This document shows, piece after piece, positions 31,698-32,000 of a DNA stretch of 32,000 nucleotides. The notes under the pieces were generated by a model. It had not been told where the DNA came from. It saw nothing but the letters and a program-made list of their open reading frames with translations, and did not search any database. Location of the stretch: positions 5,070,001 through 5,102,000 of the forward strand of contig CP104013.1 in assembly GCA_025839675.1 (NCBI GenBank). The letters run 5' to 3'. The position numbers and the translations under genes are program-made. Origin of the DNA: Candidatus Lokiarchaeum ossiferum (GTDB lineage Archaea > Asgardarchaeota > Lokiarchaeia > Sigyniarchaeales > Promethearchaeaceae). Each line of letters begins with the position of its first letter. The first letter of the stretch is position 1.

Positions 31698-32000
31698 ATT
31701 TTAATACCCTTAAGGCAACTATTGGCCTTAATTTCAAGATTTTCGAGTACATTACCAATATTCCTAAAACTTGAGAGATTAAGAACATTGCAAAGGATAT
31801 TACAATTGGTAATAATCGTAAAATTGGTTCTGTTGGATTTCCGGTTGTTAAATTGATAAATGCTGTAAATCCCGTTATATGGATCAATAACTCCGCCACA
31901 ATAATGAAAGACATTGTGGTAACCCATACTAATTCTCCTACAATCAAAGTTCTAATATTTCCATTTGTATATCCTATACATTTCAACGTAGCAATTTCGC
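31696..32000 (-). CDS. C-terminal part of an FtsX/MacB-type ABC transporter permease (5' end lies right of the window)
   Basis: The frame is open to nt 32000; the listed start at 31986 is an internal TTG. EIATLKCIGYTNGNI matches the FtsX-domain EIG-x-LKA-x-G motif. It is followed by TM segments and a terminal ...VALRVLK, and sits directly upstream of the ABC ATPase. Confidence 0.75.
   Translation of the reverse strand, partial: EIATLKCIGYTNGNIRTLIVGELVWVTTMSFIIVAELLIHITGFTAFINLTTGNPTEPILRLLPIVISFAMFLISQVLGILVMYSKILKLRPIVALRVLK

Noticed and set aside
31670-31927. 85-aa minus-strand ORF overlapping the permease 3' region in another frame
   Set aside because: The alternative frame (31696-32000) carries the FtsX EIATLKCIG motif and ends correctly upstream of the SD of the ATPase gene. 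This frame has no support.
1-32000. Searched for CRISPR arrays, tRNA/rRNA genes, transposases, integrases, toxin-antitoxin pairs and defence-system domains
   Set aside because: No regularly spaced direct repeats were seen. No GC-rich structured segments of tRNA or rRNA size stand out against the AT-rich background. No ORF has recombinase, nuclease or NTPase defence-type motifs recognisable by eye. Absence by eye is weaker than a tRNAscan, Infernal, PADLOC or DefenseFinder run.

Overview
All calls come from reading the supplied ORF translations and the DNA by eye. No BLAST, HMM or structure searches were run. About 31 protein-coding genes are supported. No rRNA, tRNA, CRISPR array, transposase or integrase was seen. 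The host is probably an archaeon (inference). Support for this: a wHTH-fused CTP-type riboflavin kinase (RbkR/RibK family), a DUF106/EMC3-like Oxa1-superfamily insertase, A/T-rich TATA-like boxes roughly 22-31 nt upstream of several start codons, and oligo-T runs right after stop codons. Nt 1 to about 26100 form a very low-GC glycan-biosynthesis island (hand counts of single 60-nt lines give 15-33% GC). The island has five parts. (i) A CDP-hexose branch at 1-4846: Glc-1-P cytidylyltransferase, sugar C-methyltransferase, RmlC-like epimerase, RmlD-like reductase and a CmcI-like O-methyltransferase. (ii) A legionaminic-acid-type nonulosonic acid (NulO) branch at 4949-15019: CapD/PglF/PseB-family 4,6-dehydratase, DegT aminotransferase, NeuC-like hydrolysing 2-epimerase, NeuB-like synthase, NeuA-like CMP-transferase, and a PtmF/PtmA-like oxidoreductase pair. 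(iii) Unusual tailoring genes: a FemAB-like acyltransferase, a second highly divergent DegT-like PLP protein and a GNAT. (iv) A 622-aa FkbH/HAD-IIIC fusion protein translationally coupled to two Gfo/Idh/MocA dehydrogenases, with no ACP visible. (v) Assembly genes: a Wzx-like flippase, an orphan 660-aa GT-B-like protein with an HP motif, two GT2s and a fourth Gfo/Idh/MocA enzyme. To the right of about 26.4 kb the GC content rises (37-45% in sampled lines). That region holds housekeeping-type genes: RbkR, radical SAM, the DUF106 insertase, GtrA and a MacB/FtsX-type ABC transporter. It is interrupted by a second low-GC islet at 29.6-31.0 kb, which holds a 496-bp ORF-free stretch and a lone methyltransferase. 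The best candidates for undescribed biology are the ACP-less FkbH plus two-dehydrogenase module, the FemAB-like/second-DegT pair that stands where a hexapeptide acetyltransferase is expected, and the orphan HP-motif GT-B protein, which may be a CMP-nonulosonate transferase.
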